Positions 9,825-20,502 of a DNA stretch of 64,000 nucleotides are shown piece after piece; position 1 is the first letter of the stretch; each line of letters opens with the position of its first letter. A program made the position numbers and the translations under genes. The stretch is from a candidate division WOR-3 bacterium. Its GTDB lineage: Bacteria; Hydrothermota; Tepidihabitantia; Tepidihabitantales; Tepidihabitantaceae. The stretch lies in contig CBFGKH010000009.1 of assembly GCA_965649295.1 (NCBI GenBank), forward strand, positions 44,284 to 108,283. Direction: 5' to 3'. A model generated the notes under the pieces. The model had not been told where the DNA came from. It saw nothing but the letters and a program-made list of their open reading frames with translations, and did no database searches.

Positions 9825-10859
9825 ATGCGAGTTGTGGTTTCCGCTGCCGAACCATCGGCCGAAGTACTGGCCGCTGAACTATCTCGTGAGATTGGCGTGT
9901 TCGACAGGGACTGCGAGGTCCTGCGTCTTCAAAGTTGGGTGTCCACCGCACCGGTTTTGGGGTTTGTGCACGGTGTAGCACTCGCGGCAAGTCTAAGTCA
10001 AGCCATAGGACGGGCAGTGCAAGTTGTCGATGCGCTCAAACCGGGGATTGTTGTGCTGATTTCCTATTCAAGCTGGCACCTTCCGTTTGGTCTCGCTTTG
10101 CGTCGGCGTGGTTATAGGGTTGTAGTACTGGCACCTCCGCAATTCTGGGCCTGGGCAGGTTGGCGGGTTCGGCTGCTTGCCCGGGCAGCCGATGTAGTTG
10201 TCTGTCTTTTTGGGTTTGAAGAACAGCTGCTGCGGCGTAGCGGAGTCAACGCGTGTTATTTCGGCTACCCTCTATTTGATAGTATCGTGAGACAGGCGCA
10301 ATGCACGCCAACGCCGAACAATGGGAGACGTTTAGTCCTTCTACCAGGGTCCAGGGCTAATGAGCTGAAATTGCATCATCGATTGTTTGTCGCCACTGCA
10401 CGGATGCTCAAAGATTGGTTTCCTGACTGTTCGTGGAGATTCCTCAGTCCAACCGATGCGATGCGCTACGCCGAGATGGCCCAGGCGACTGCTGCGATCG
10501 CGGCATCAGGCACAGCAACGCTGGAGCTGGCAATTATCGGAGTACCGATGGTGGTCTGCTACCGCCTTCCGTTGGCGGAACTGGTTCTTGCCCGGCTCTT
10601 GGTGCGTACGAGGTATTTCGCACTGCCGAACATTATCGCCCGAACAAGAATTGTGCCCGAGCTACTGAATCCAAAAGTGGATGAAATAGCTGCTGCTGTG
10701 GCTACCATCTTGCAGAGCGAGGAGCGGCGTCAGGAGATGAGGGCCGCGCTAAAGGGTTTGGTCGATGTCATTGGTCCAACTGGCGCAATGTCCAAAATCG
10801 CCCGACTCATTCTTGATCTCGGTAGTAGTCATTCGCATCGAGTGATTCGGTCGGCTTGA
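9825..10859 (+). CDS. lpxB: Lipid-A-disaccharide synthase (divergent)
   Basis: PPQFWAW, LLPGSR..E, ASGTATLE, VPMVVCY, FALPNIIA..IVPELL. Confidence 0.82.
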   Translation: MRVVVSAAEPSAEVLAAELSREIGVFDRDCEVLRLQSWVSTAPVLGFVHGVALAASLSQAIGRAVQVVDALKPGIVVLISYSSWHLPFGLALRRRGYRVVVLAPPQFWAWAGWRVRLLARAADVVVCLFGFEEQLLRRSGVNACYFGYPLFDSIVRQAQCTPTPNNGRRLVLLPGSRANELKLHHRLFVATARMLKDWFPDCSWRFLSPTDAMRYAEMAQATAAIAASGTATLELAIIGVPMVVCYRLPLAELVLARLLVRTRYFALPNIIARTRIVPELLNPKVDEIAAAVATILQSEERRQEMRAALKGLVDVIGPTGAMSKIARLILDLGSSHSHRVIRSA

Positions 10860-10893
10860 CTTCGATACGGCTTTCAATATCCTAAGCGCACCT

Positions 10894-12015
10894 ATGGCAC
10901 ACGCATATACTCCCGGCTTGAAAGTCACTGCCCGGACTTTGGTTCGTAAGCAGCGTCGTCTTCCGTTGCCGGGTGAGACTCTTGTGGTTCAGGGTGAACA
11001 GGTGACGGGTGACACGATTGTTGCACGGACGGAATTGCCGGGTAACGTTCAGACAGTGAACGTCGGCGGTTTGCTGGGTGTTCCACCGGAAGATGTTCCG
11101 AGTCTGATGACCAAGCGGGTCGGCGACACTGTCAAGAAAGACGAAGTCATTGCTCTTTCGAAGGGTTTTCTCGGTCTTTTTAAGTCGGAGGTCAGAGCGC
11201 CAGTTGCTGGGACAATTGAGAATGTGTCGCCGGTCACAGGTCAGGTCATTCTGCGGGAGCCGCCGGAGCCAGTTCAAATTGATGCCTATGTCGCAGGCAT
11301 CGTCAGTGAGGTGATTCCCCGTGAAGGGGTGATTATTGAGACTGAGGCGAGCCTCGTTCAGGGCATCTTCGGGGTCGGCGGCGAGGTTCGTGGCGCAATC
11401 AGGTTGATTGCCAAGTCACCTGATGATGTAGTTACTGCCGAGCAAATTGGTGCCGACTGCCAGGGTAAGGTCCTGATTGGTGGGTCACTGATTACTTATG
11501 AGGCGATTGCCGCAGCTCTTGAGGTTGGAGCCAAAGCTATCATCGCTGGTGGCATTGAGGATGGGACTCTGCGGAAATTCCTTGGTTACGACATTGGCGT
11601 GGCAATCACCGGCTCTGAGAAGAAGGGGCTCACATTGGTTGCGACTGAAGGTTTTGGTCGTATGCGAATGGCTGGACGGACGTTCGAACTGTTGCGGTCG
11701 CTCGAGGGAAGAATGGCATCAGTGAATGGTGCTACTCAGATTCGCGCCGGCGTTATTAGGCCGGAAGTTATTGTCCCGGCTGCCGAGAAAGGAATCGAGA
11801 CGAGCAGGAGTCAGATTGAACAGGGGTTGGCCCTCGGCTTGCCAGTGCGCATCATTCGTCAGCCGCACTTCGGTGAAATCGGCCGCGTGATTGATCTGCC
11901 GGTTGAGCTTCAGGAGATTGAGACCGAGGCACGCTGTCGGGTGCTGACGGTTGAACTTGAAACTGGCGAACGCGTGACTCTGCCACGTGCCAACGTTGAG
12001 ATAATCGAAGGCTAG
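10894..12015 (+). CDS. Conserved-looking hypothetical protein with a barrel-sandwich-like segment and C-terminal KOW-like motif
   Basis: 373-aa ORF with own promoter (10856-10883); RAPVAGTIENVS segment, VRIIRQPHFGEIGRV motif. Confidence 0.75.
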   Translation: MAHAYTPGLKVTARTLVRKQRRLPLPGETLVVQGEQVTGDTIVARTELPGNVQTVNVGGLLGVPPEDVPSLMTKRVGDTVKKDEVIALSKGFLGLFKSEVRAPVAGTIENVSPVTGQVILREPPEPVQIDAYVAGIVSEVIPREGVIIETEASLVQGIFGVGGEVRGAIRLIAKSPDDVVTAEQIGADCQGKVLIGGSLITYEAIAAALEVGAKAIIAGGIEDGTLRKFLGYDIGVAITGSEKKGLTLVATEGFGRMRMAGRTFELLRSLEGRMASVNGATQIRAGVIRPEVIVPAAEKGIETSRSQIEQGLALGLPVRIIRQPHFGEIGRVIDLPVELQEIETEARCRVLTVELETGERVTLPRANVEIIEG

Positions 12016-12018
12016 GTC

Positions 12019-12909
12019 TTGCTGCGGTCGTTGCTGCTGCTGCTACTGCCTTTGACTCTAACAAATGGCACAGGAAGGAAAGAAGGGTTCTCGTCGCTCA
12101 AGATACTGCCGGGTGCACGCGAAGCAGGGATGGGGGGGAGTGGTGTCGCCGTCGCTTTCGGCCCGCAGGCTATTGCTCTTAACCCGGCAGCGGTGGCCGA
12201 GTTCAGAACATTTGGCGTTGCTGTCGGTTACACCGATTGGTTGTTGGATACCCGTCTTCAATCGGTATTCGCCGGTCGCAAGTTAAGCTGGCTGGCAGTT
12301 GCGGTTGGTGTAGTGAGCTTTACCGGTGGCCAGTTCGAGTACCGGCTCAAACCGAGTGACGAGCCGTTGGGAACATTTGAGCCAACGGACCTGTCGGTCT
12401 ATACATCGCTTGGTCGGATGCTTGGACGCAAGGTCAGCTTTGGCCTGACCGGTCGTTTTTTTACTGCTCGACTGCTTGAACACAGTGCTAGCGGGTTTGG
12501 TATTGATGTCGGTCTGCGGTTGCGACCTATTGCCGGGGTCGCACTAGGCGCATCGCTCGTTGATTTTGGACGAACCCCCTACTACGAACGTGAGGTTTTC
12601 TGGTTACCGACTCGTGTCCGGCTTGGAGCTGGTTATGATTGGCGTTTAGCTGCGCAGTTGCGTCTAGCGCTGGCGCTCGACGGCAGTTACTATCTCTACC
12701 AGAAAGGATTAGGCGGTCACTTCGGACTCGAGCTCGTTTGGAATGACATGTTAGCAATTCGGGGCGGTTACGAGGCGACTGCTGGTGTTGGTCGTATGAG
12801 CGGCGGTCTCGGACTGCGATCAGGTCTATTCGGCGTTGATTACGCGTTGGCGTCGCTCGCAGCTGGTTTCGGTGTTGTTCAACGTTTTGGAGTTTCATTA
12901 GGGCGTTAG
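12019..12909 (+). CDS. PorV/PorQ-family outer-membrane beta-barrel
   Basis: Signal peptide; LKILPGAREAGMG..A....NPA; amphipathic strands. Confidence 0.75.
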   Translation: MLRSLLLLLLPLTLTNGTGRKEGFSSLKILPGAREAGMGGSGVAVAFGPQAIALNPAAVAEFRTFGVAVGYTDWLLDTRLQSVFAGRKLSWLAVAVGVVSFTGGQFEYRLKPSDEPLGTFEPTDLSVYTSLGRMLGRKVSFGLTGRFFTARLLEHSASGFGIDVGLRLRPIAGVALGASLVDFGRTPYYEREVFWLPTRVRLGAGYDWRLAAQLRLALALDGSYYLYQKGLGGHFGLELVWNDMLAIRGGYEATAGVGRMSGGLGLRSGLFGVDYALASLAAGFGVVQRFGVSLGR

Positions 12910-12917
12910 GGGGCACA

Positions 12918-13862
12918 ATGGCTGAGGGCTGGCTGGATTTCGAGGAACCACTAGCTCAACTTGTCTCACGACTAGAAGAACTGACGGCTATCGGTGCAAG
13001 AGATGAAGCGGCTCGGGTTAGCGAACAGATTCAAAAGCTCAAGACCAAGCTATATTCGGATCTTACGCCCTGGCAGCGGGTGCTACTTGCTCGTCATCCA
13101 CGTCGGCCGTACATTCTTGATTACATTCCGCGGATTACGAGTGAGTTCGTAGAATTGCATGGCGACCGCCGTTTCGCCGACGATCCGGCGCTGGTGGCTG
13201 GTTTTGGTTTGATTGACGGAATCCCTTTTGCCATCGTTGGTCAACAGAAAGGACGCGACACCAAGGAGAAGCTTGCCCGTAACTTCGGAATGCCTCACCC
13301 AGAGGGCTACCGTAAGGCATTGCGGGTGATGGAGCTTGCCGCCAGGTTTGGTCGGCCGATTCTGTCGCTGGTGGATGTTGCTGGCGCCTATCCTGGTGTT
13401 GGGGCGGAGGAGCGTGGTCAGGCAGAGGCGATTGCGACCTGCCTGCGGGAAATGGCAATGCTGCCGGTGCCATTTGTTTCAATCATCACTGGTGAGGGTG
13501 GTTCGGGTGGGGCTCTGGCGATTGCTGTCGGTAATCGTGTACTAATGCAGGAGAACGCGGTCTATTCGGTCATTACGCCAGAAGGATGTGCTTCGATTCT
13601 CTGGCGTGATGGTTCTCGGGCAGAAGAAGCGGCCAAGGTGATGCGAATGACCGCTCGGGAGCTGGCGGATTTTGGTATTATTGATGGCATCGTGCCTGAG
13701 CCCTTGGGCGGTGCCCACCAGGATTGGGACGAAGCAGCTCAACTACTCAAGGCAGCAGTCCTGGCTAACTACCGGGAGCTTGTAGGCTTGGCCCCGCAGG
13801 AGCTCGTCGAGCGACGTATCGAGCGGCTACGTGGCATTGGCGCATATGCCAACAGCGCCTGA
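12918..13862 (+). CDS. accA: Acetyl-CoA carboxylase carboxyltransferase alpha
   Basis: LDFEEP, ARHPRRP, LHGDR, RNFGMPHPEGYRKA, GEGGSGGALA. Confidence 0.96.
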   Translation: MAEGWLDFEEPLAQLVSRLEELTAIGARDEAARVSEQIQKLKTKLYSDLTPWQRVLLARHPRRPYILDYIPRITSEFVELHGDRRFADDPALVAGFGLIDGIPFAIVGQQKGRDTKEKLARNFGMPHPEGYRKALRVMELAARFGRPILSLVDVAGAYPGVGAEERGQAEAIATCLREMAMLPVPFVSIITGEGGSGGALAIAVGNRVLMQENAVYSVITPEGCASILWRDGSRAEEAAKVMRMTARELADFGIIDGIVPEPLGGAHQDWDEAAQLLKAAVLANYRELVGLAPQELVERRIERLRGIGAYANSA

Positions 13863-14748
13863 GTCGGCGTCGGTCTTTCGCTCCGGCTACGTTGCACTTA
13901 TTGGCATGCCCAATGCTGGCAAGTCCACACTAGTTAATGCTCTTTTGCAGTTGCACATTGTGGCGGTCGCGCCACGCCCGCAGACGACTAGACATCGAAT
14001 TCTCGGCATACTGAACGGCCCGGACCATCAGATTCTCCTTATCGATACGCCAGGGCTGCTTCAGCCGAAGTATGCTTTGCAGAAACTGATGAAGCTTGAG
14101 ATCGAACGGGCGCTAGGCGATGCCGACCTGGTGCTCGCAGTTGTGGATGCAACCGTCGGGTTGGAGCAGCTCGATCGCCTACTGCCAATTGTCGCTGGTC
14201 GGCGAGCATTGTTTGCTGTGAACAAGGTAGATGCGATCAAAGACAAGACATTGTTGCTGCCAATCGCCGAGAGATTGGCAGCGGCTGGGCAGAATGATGT
14301 GCTGATGGTTTCGGCATTACGAGGAGATGGAATTGTTGAACTCCGGCAGGCAATTGTTCGTCTGTTACCGCCGGGTCCTGCATTCTATCCGCAAGACCAA
14401 GTGACAGCACTGAACGAGCGCTTCTTTGTTGCCGAGTTCATTCGCGAGGCAATCTTCAATCTCTACGGAGCGGAGATACCATACTCGACGACCGTGGAGA
14501 TAGAGGAATTTGTTGAGCGCGAGGGACGCAAGGACTACATCAAGGCAGTAATCTATGTTGAACGTGAGTCGCAAAAGGCGATTCTTATCGGTAAAGACGG
14601 TAAGGCGCTCAAGCGCGTCGGAGCTGCCGCCCGTCGCAATATCGAGGCGTTTCTGGAACGACCAGTCTATCTGGAGCTTTGGGTCAAGGTGGCAGAGGCC
14701 TGGCGTGAGAATGAGCGTTTCATCAGACAGCACATCTACGGCCACTGA
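13846..14748 (+). CDS. era: GTPase Era
   Basis: GMPNAGKSTL, PQTTR, DTPG, NKVD, EIPYS, KH domain IGKDG, LELWVKV. Confidence 0.96.
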   Translation: MPTAPESASVFRSGYVALIGMPNAGKSTLVNALLQLHIVAVAPRPQTTRHRILGILNGPDHQILLIDTPGLLQPKYALQKLMKLEIERALGDADLVLAVVDATVGLEQLDRLLPIVAGRRALFAVNKVDAIKDKTLLLPIAERLAAAGQNDVLMVSALRGDGIVELRQAIVRLLPPGPAFYPQDQVTALNERFFVAEFIREAIFNLYGAEIPYSTTVEIEEFVEREGRKDYIKAVIYVERESQKAILIGKDGKALKRVGAAARRNIEAFLERPVYLELWVKVAEAWRENERFIRQHIYGH

Positions 14749-15166
14749 GGTCCGGGAGCAGTTTTCAGATCGTACGTAACACCTTCGGGTACAGTACTTA
14801 TACGCAGGGCCCGGGACGTCTTGGGACAGTTGATGCGAAATCGCGCCCGTTCTAGATGAGCCGAGTGTGCTGGCTGAAATGGGGTACTTGTCCGTCTCCC
14901 GTTGGTGCTTTCTATCTCCTTGTGGGTTCGCATGATTTATCTGTGCTTTTTGTCTATGCTATAGCTGCTGATCAGGCTGGGGAGAAACCGGCGACCGATG
15001 TTGATATGATGTGTTCTTGTTGTTGCCGACGAGAGAGGTCAACGCTTACTCCCTTTCTTGATGAATATCGTCCTTGCGGTTTTGACGTGCGCACGATGCT
15101 ATTGAGCCTTACGCCTGGCGGGTTGAATGCTTGACTTGCTTGGGCTTGAGTTTATGATAGCGGCCA

Positions 15167-15670
15167 GTGCGTATTGCCAGCAGACCACGCAGGTACAGTC
15201 GGAGCTGTAGGTTTGGCCCCGGTGGTGTCCGAGTCTGCTTCGATTCAGGTCGTGTCGCCGGTGTTGATTTCGTTACCAGGCTCACGGCGCACGACACTGA
15301 CCTTGTCCGTTTGCTTGAGCGTGCGCTGGACGGTCGGCCGCTTCACGGTGGCCAGAAGCTCGTGTCATTCTGTCAGTCGAGCTTCACCCGCCGTGTCCTT
15401 GCGGTCTGCGCCAAGATTAGGCCGGGAAGCGTCATGACCTACGCTGAGCTAGCGAGAGCTGCTGGCCGACCCAATGCCGCACGGGCTGTGGGCCAGGTGA
15501 TGCGGCACAATCGGTTCCCGCTGTTCATTCCCTGCCACCGTGTTGTCTGTTCTGATTTTCGGCTTGGCGGATTCAGTGGCGGCTTGAAGATGAAAGAGTT
15601 TTTGCTTGAGCGTGAGGGCTGGCAGTTTGCCGGTGCTGGCCGTAGTCGGCGGTTGGTAGCTATAGGATGA
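15167..15670 (+). CDS. ogt: Methylated-DNA-protein-cysteine methyltransferase
   Basis: TYAELA..AARAVG, IPCHRV; promoter TTGACT-N16-TATGAT at 15131-15158. Confidence 0.9.
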   Translation: MRIASRPRRYSRSCRFGPGGVRVCFDSGRVAGVDFVTRLTAHDTDLVRLLERALDGRPLHGGQKLVSFCQSSFTRRVLAVCAKIRPGSVMTYAELARAAGRPNAARAVGQVMRHNRFPLFIPCHRVVCSDFRLGGFSGGLKMKEFLLEREGWQFAGAGRSRRLVAIG

Positions 15671-16287
15671 GTCTGCGGGTTGAGAGAATCGTCGTAGGCC
15701 CACTGGCAACGAATTGCTACGTTGTTGAGTCGGCAAACGAGCTGGCGGTGATCGATCCCGGTGCAGAGGCGGATTCGATCCTTGCCAGGGTTACCGAATT
15801 GGGCGGGGTGGTTCGTTTTGTGATTGACACGCACGGTCACATTGACCACATTGGTGCGAATCGGCCACTGATCGAAGCTACTGGCGCCCCATTGTTGATT
15901 GGTGAATTGGATGCTGCAATGCTGATGCAGCCTGACCAGAGCTTGGCTTTCATGCTTGGTGCAAAGGTTGACGCGCTGACGCCAACGCGATTGTTACGCG
16001 ACGGCGATCGACTCCAAGTTGGTCAGCATGAGCTCTCGGTCATGCATACGCCTGGGCACACGCCGGGCGGAATCTGTCTAATTGGTGACGGCCTAGCATT
16101 CACTGGGGACACGCTTTTTTTGGATTCGATCGGCCGAGTTGACTTTCCGGGCGGGTCGGAGGAGCAAATGATGGCTTCACTGCAGCGGTTGCAGATGGTG
16201 TTGCGACGTGATATGATGCTGTACCCCGGCCATGGCGAACCAGGCAGTTTTTGCCGGGCGTTACTTATCAACCCTTTTCTGCATTGA
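15667..16287 (+). CDS. MBL-fold metallo-hydrolase (glyoxalase II-like)
   Basis: THGHIDHIG, HTPGHTPG, FTGDTLF, YPGHG. Confidence 0.92.
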   Translation: MSLRVERIVVGPLATNCYVVESANELAVIDPGAEADSILARVTELGGVVRFVIDTHGHIDHIGANRPLIEATGAPLLIGELDAAMLMQPDQSLAFMLGAKVDALTPTRLLRDGDRLQVGQHELSVMHTPGHTPGGICLIGDGLAFTGDTLFLDSIGRVDFPGGSEEQMMASLQRLQMVLRRDMMLYPGHGEPGSFCRALLINPFLH

Positions 16288-16332
16288 CTGTGGGTGGCGA
16301 TGAACATTAGTGAATAGATGAGAGGAGGCAAT

Positions 16333-17436
16333 GTGCCCAAGATTAGAGTTGGCTTGATTGGTGTCGGTAACTGCGCGAGTAGCCTTGTGCAAGGCGTACA
16401 TTACTACCGCAACGCCAAAGACGGCGAATCAATACCCGGAATAATGCATCCCAGCCTTGGTGGTTATCACATCGGTGACATTGAGTTCACGGTGGCGATT
16501 GACATTGACAAGCGTAAGGTCGGCAAAGACTTATCGCAGGCAATCTATACCTATCCTAACAATACTTGGAAGTTCGCTGACGTTCCGAAGACCGGCGTAA
16601 AGGTACTGCGGGGAATGACCCACGATGGTCTGGGTTACTATCTTTCACAGGTGATTGAGAAAGCACCAGGCCCGACAGCTGACATCGTTCGGGCATTGAA
16701 GGAGAGCAAGACCGACGTGGTTGTTAACTTCTTGCCAGTGGGCAGCGAGGAGGCCACGAAATGGTACGTTGAGCAAGTACTCAAAGCCGGCTGTGCGTTT
16801 GTCAACGGCATCCCGGTGTTTATCGCGTCGCAGAAGTATTGGCACCGGCGGTTCAAGGCAGCCGGGCTGCCGGTGCTCGGTGATGACATCAAATCGCAGG
16901 TTGGAGCGACGATTGTTCACCGGACACTAGTCTCGCTCTTCAATGATCGTGGGGTCAAGCTGCTGAAGACCATGCAGTTAAATGTCGGCGGCAACACCGA
17001 TTTTCTCAATATGCTCGAACGGGAACGGTTGCACTCGAAGAAGATCTCCAAAACCGGTGCGGTGACGTCGTTGCTTAAGTATGATATTGGTGCCGAGAAC
17101 GTTCATGTTGGCCCGTCAGACTACGTTGCCTGGCTCAAAGATCGCAAATGGTGCTACCTGCGTATGGAAGGGCAGACTTTTGGCGACGTACCGCTCAATA
17201 TTGAGCTGAAGCTGGAAGTCTGGGATTCACCAAATTCAGCGGGCGTGATGATTGATGCTATCCGTTGTGCCAAGCTTGCTCTCGACCACAAGCTGTCCGG
17301 CAGTATCATTGAACCATCGAGCTACTTCTTCAAGACGCCGCCGGTCCAGTTTCCAGACGACGTCTGTCGCGATAAGACCGAGGCTTTTGCCCGGCGTTAT
17401 GGGCTCAAGTCCAGCGTGAAGTCAAAGACTCGATAG
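16333..17436 (+). CDS. ino1: Myo-inositol-1-phosphate synthase
   Basis: [57 protein letters not shown] before GTG 16333. Confidence 0.95.
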   Translation: MPKIRVGLIGVGNCASSLVQGVHYYRNAKDGESIPGIMHPSLGGYHIGDIEFTVAIDIDKRKVGKDLSQAIYTYPNNTWKFADVPKTGVKVLRGMTHDGLGYYLSQVIEKAPGPTADIVRALKESKTDVVVNFLPVGSEEATKWYVEQVLKAGCAFVNGIPVFIASQKYWHRRFKAAGLPVLGDDIKSQVGATIVHRTLVSLFNDRGVKLLKTMQLNVGGNTDFLNMLERERLHSKKISKTGAVTSLLKYDIGAENVHVGPSDYVAWLKDRKWCYLRMEGQTFGDVPLNIELKLEVWDSPNSAGVMIDAIRCAKLALDHKLSGSIIEPSSYFFKTPPVQFPDDVCRDKTEAFARRYGLKSSVKSKTR

Positions 17437-17449
17437 AAGCGCGGCCGAA

Positions 17450-18085
17450 TTGAAGCGCGGCGTCCTCATTACTTTCGAGGGTGTCGAGGGTTCGGGCAAG
17501 TCAACCCAGGCACAACGACTGCATGGTTGGTTACGGAGCCAGGGATTAGACTGTGTGCTCTCGCGTGAACCTGGTGGAACGCGGATTGGTGACAGAATTC
17601 GTGATATTCTGCTCGATCCTGCCAATGCAGCAATGGACAGCCGGACGGAGTTACTGCTCTACTTGGCAAGTCGAAATCAGCATGTCCGCGAATTGGTGCT
17701 GCCAGCAATCCAAGTGGGCAGAATCGTCATCCTTGATCGCTATGCCGATTCCTCGGTTGCCTATCAGGGTTTCGGCCGCGGCCTCGGCGAGCGGCTCGTA
17801 TCTCGGCTAAACAAGTTCGCCACTGCTGGGATCAGGCCGCAGCTTACCTTATTGGTGGACATCCCTGTTTCGTTGGGGCAGCATCGTAAGGCAGCAACTC
17901 GGCTTGACAGACTTGAACAGGAGCGGGTAGAATTTCACGAGCGCGTAAGAGCCGGGTATCTACGACTGGCACGGCGGGCCGCTGGCCGCTGGCGGGTCCT
18001 CGATGGCCGGCGACCGGCTGATGAAATTGAGAAAGAGATTCGCGGACTGGTGACTGAGCTACTAACTCGAAAGGGATTACTCTAG
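17450..18085 (+). CDS. tmk: Thymidylate kinase
   Basis: FEGVEGSGKST, REPGG, DRYADSSVAYQG. Confidence 0.95.
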   Translation: MKRGVLITFEGVEGSGKSTQAQRLHGWLRSQGLDCVLSREPGGTRIGDRIRDILLDPANAAMDSRTELLLYLASRNQHVRELVLPAIQVGRIVILDRYADSSVAYQGFGRGLGERLVSRLNKFATAGIRPQLTLLVDIPVSLGQHRKAATRLDRLEQERVEFHERVRAGYLRLARRAAGRWRVLDGRRPADEIEKEIRGLVTELLTRKGLL

Positions 18086-19629
18086 TGCGCAGACAGCGTA
18101 TTGCAGTTCTTGTGGCCGCTATCGTTCTGGCGCTGGCAGTTGGCGGATTCTTTGGCCGGCTCTGGGCTCAGCGCGGTGCGAACCTAATGCAGAGTCTGCA
18201 GCTGTTTGAGCGGGTTGTGAGCATCGTACTGACCAATTACGTCGAACGAGTTGATCCCGCCAAGCTCATCACCGACGGTATCAAGGGTATGCTCAATGCG
18301 CTTGATCCTTACACCGAGTATCTCGACGAGAAGGGTTTTAAGGAACTACGGGTTCGTACTGAAGGTCAGTTTGGCGGCATCGGTATTCATATCGGTGTTG
18401 TTGATGAACGGCTGACCGTTATTTCGCCCATTGAAGGCACCCCTGCCGACCGCGCTGGAATTCGGGGCGGCGACCGTATTGCCAAAATCGAAGGGAAGAG
18501 CACTGTCGGTTTCACCACTGATGATGCCGTCAAGTTGATACGCGGCGAGCCTGGAACCAAGGTGAAGCTCGAAATCGCCAGACCCGGGGTTGAGGGATTG
18601 CTGTCCTTCGAACTGACCCGGGAGGTGATTAACATCAAGGCGGTTCCCTACGCCGGCATTGTGGCGCCGGAAATTGGGTATGTTCGGCTGGCCGATTTCT
18701 CGCGGGCGGCGACCCGCGACCTAAGCCGGGCTCTGGATTCACTTTTTGCTGTCGGCGCCAAGAAGATCATCCTCGACCTGCGGGCCAACGGAGGAGGACT
18801 ACTGGCCGAAGGGCAGGATGTTTCTGATCTCTTTCTCCCGCCAGGTCGGTTGATTGTTAAGACTCGTGGCCGCGTACCGGAGAGCGAGCGGGAATACCGT
18901 AGCGAAGAGGAGGATAAGCACGGCGACTACCCGATGATTGTACTGGTTGACCGTGGCAGCGCGTCGGCTTCAGAGATTGTTGCTGGGGCGCTCCAAGACT
19001 GGGAAAGGGCGCTCGTTCTTGGCGACACGACATTTGGGAAAGGTTCTGTTCAAACTATCCATCAACTCGGCCCCGACGTCGCGGTAAAGATCACTACCGC
19101 TTACTGGTACACCCCGAGTGGCCGCTGCATCAACCGACGCCACGATCGCGAGGGTGCCGTCATTGTTGACAGCACTGCTCGTGATACGACTCAGTACCGG
19201 ACGCTTGGGCGTTTGCGGCTGCCGGTTTCTGGTGGCGGAGCAATTGTTCCGGACTACTATCTTGGTTACGAGCGGTTGTCGTCATTTGAGCTGCGGATCA
19301 CCCGTGACGCATTCTTTGACTTCGCGGTCGACTATAACAACAGTCACGCTGGCTTGAACGCGAGTTTTGTGGCCGACTCAGTCGTGCTCGGTCAGTTCCG
19401 TAACTATCTAAGGACGGTGAAGAATCTCGAGTTCACCGATGCCGAGTTCGATTCCAGCCGCGATTACATCGCCGGCGAGATTGAACGCGAGGTGGTCGGT
19501 AAGTTGCTGGGGATGCGCGGAGAGTATCAGGTCAGACTGCGCCGCGACCCGCACGTGAAGAAGGCAGTCGAGCTACTCGGGCCGGCGCGGACAAGTGAAG
19601 CACTGATCCGCAGCGCCCGGCAGTCCTGA
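18085..19629 (+). CDS. Carboxyl-terminal processing protease (S41, PDZ)
   Basis: LDPYT, GIGI PDZ, DLRANGGG, SASASEI, TFGKGSVQ, YTPSGR. Confidence 0.93.
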   Translation: MRRQRIAVLVAAIVLALAVGGFFGRLWAQRGANLMQSLQLFERVVSIVLTNYVERVDPAKLITDGIKGMLNALDPYTEYLDEKGFKELRVRTEGQFGGIGIHIGVVDERLTVISPIEGTPADRAGIRGGDRIAKIEGKSTVGFTTDDAVKLIRGEPGTKVKLEIARPGVEGLLSFELTREVINIKAVPYAGIVAPEIGYVRLADFSRAATRDLSRALDSLFAVGAKKIILDLRANGGGLLAEGQDVSDLFLPPGRLIVKTRGRVPESEREYRSEEEDKHGDYPMIVLVDRGSASASEIVAGALQDWERALVLGDTTFGKGSVQTIHQLGPDVAVKITTAYWYTPSGRCINRRHDREGAVIVDSTARDTTQYRTLGRLRLPVSGGGAIVPDYYLGYERLSSFELRITRDAFFDFAVDYNNSHAGLNASFVADSVVLGQFRNYLRTVKNLEFTDAEFDSSRDYIAGEIEREVVGKLLGMRGEYQVRLRRDPHVKKAVELLGPARTSEALIRSARQS

Positions 19630-19662
19630 GGCCCTTTGGTCGGCCACAGCAGCTAGACAAAG

Positions 19663-20496
19663 GTGCCGGAACTGCCAGAAGTCGAGACCATCCGACGCCG
19701 ACTCTCTTCAGCAGTTGTTGGTCGGAAGATAACGGCGGTACGTGTCCAGCGGGCTGACATCGTCGGTTTCCCGGCTAGTACTCGGGCCTTTGCCAACCGT
19801 GTCCGTCGCAGGACTATCATCGCTGTTCTGCGGCGGGGGAAATACCTGATACTTCAGTTAGACAACGGCGGGCAACTGGTTATTCATCTGCGACTTAGCG
19901 GTCATCTGGCTGTCACTAGGTCACGTCACAGACTCCCATTTGAGAGAGCTCGTTTCGAGCTGGGTGATGGTCTGGTCCTGGTTTTTGTTGAGCCGCGGGC
20001 CTTGGGACGCATCTATGCTCTCGAAGCAGCTGGTCAATATCCAACGGTTCTAGCTGGACTAGCAAAGATGGGACCGGAGCCGATTACCGCTTCTTTCACG
20101 GCTGAGTTTCTGGCGGCCAAACTTCGGGGCAGAAGGTCCGTAATCAAGACTCTGCTGCTCGATCAGCGGGTCTGTTGTGGCGTCGGTAATATCTATTCCG
20201 ATGAGGCGCTGTTTCGGGCTGGTGTGCGTCCGGATCGGCAGGCCGGTTCACTCAGTAGAACTGAGGTTATTCGACTCTGGCGCTCGCTGCGGCAGGTACT
20301 GCGGGATGGCATCCGTTGGTGCGGTACGACGATGCTCGACTCGCGCTATGTTCTGCCCGATGGCGCAACCGGTGGGTTTCAGCACCGGTTGCGAGTCTTT
20401 GGCCGCGCCGGCGAACCCTGTTGCTGTGGTAGTACAATTCAGCGGCGACGGATCGGCGGCCGCAGCACCCATTTCTGTCCAAGTTGTCAGGCATAG
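19663..20496 (+). CDS. mutM: Formamidopyrimidine-DNA glycosylase
   Basis: MPELPEVET, RRGKY, GVGNIYSDE, C-terminal Zn finger. Confidence 0.96.
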   Translation: MPELPEVETIRRRLSSAVVGRKITAVRVQRADIVGFPASTRAFANRVRRRTIIAVLRRGKYLILQLDNGGQLVIHLRLSGHLAVTRSRHRLPFERARFELGDGLVLVFVEPRALGRIYALEAAGQYPTVLAGLAKMGPEPITASFTAEFLAAKLRGRRSVIKTLLLDQRVCCGVGNIYSDEALFRAGVRPDRQAGSLSRTEVIRLWRSLRQVLRDGIRWCGTTMLDSRYVLPDGATGGFQHRLRVFGRAGEPCCCGSTIQRRRIGGRSTHFCPSCQA

Positions 20497-20502
20497 GAGG
20501 GC

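Noticed and set aside
14777..14802. TAAC-N16/17-(G/C)TTA loose palindromes here and near 29408
   Set aside because: Too degenerate, with inconsistent spacing, to support from two instances.
14749..15134. 92-aa ORF 14856-15134 or an RNA in the era-ogt gap
   Set aside because: No SD, no motif and no convincing structure; left unexplained.
20410..20430. MutM Zn finger written PCCCG instead of PCxxCG
   Set aside because: A minor one-residue variant in an otherwise intact gene.
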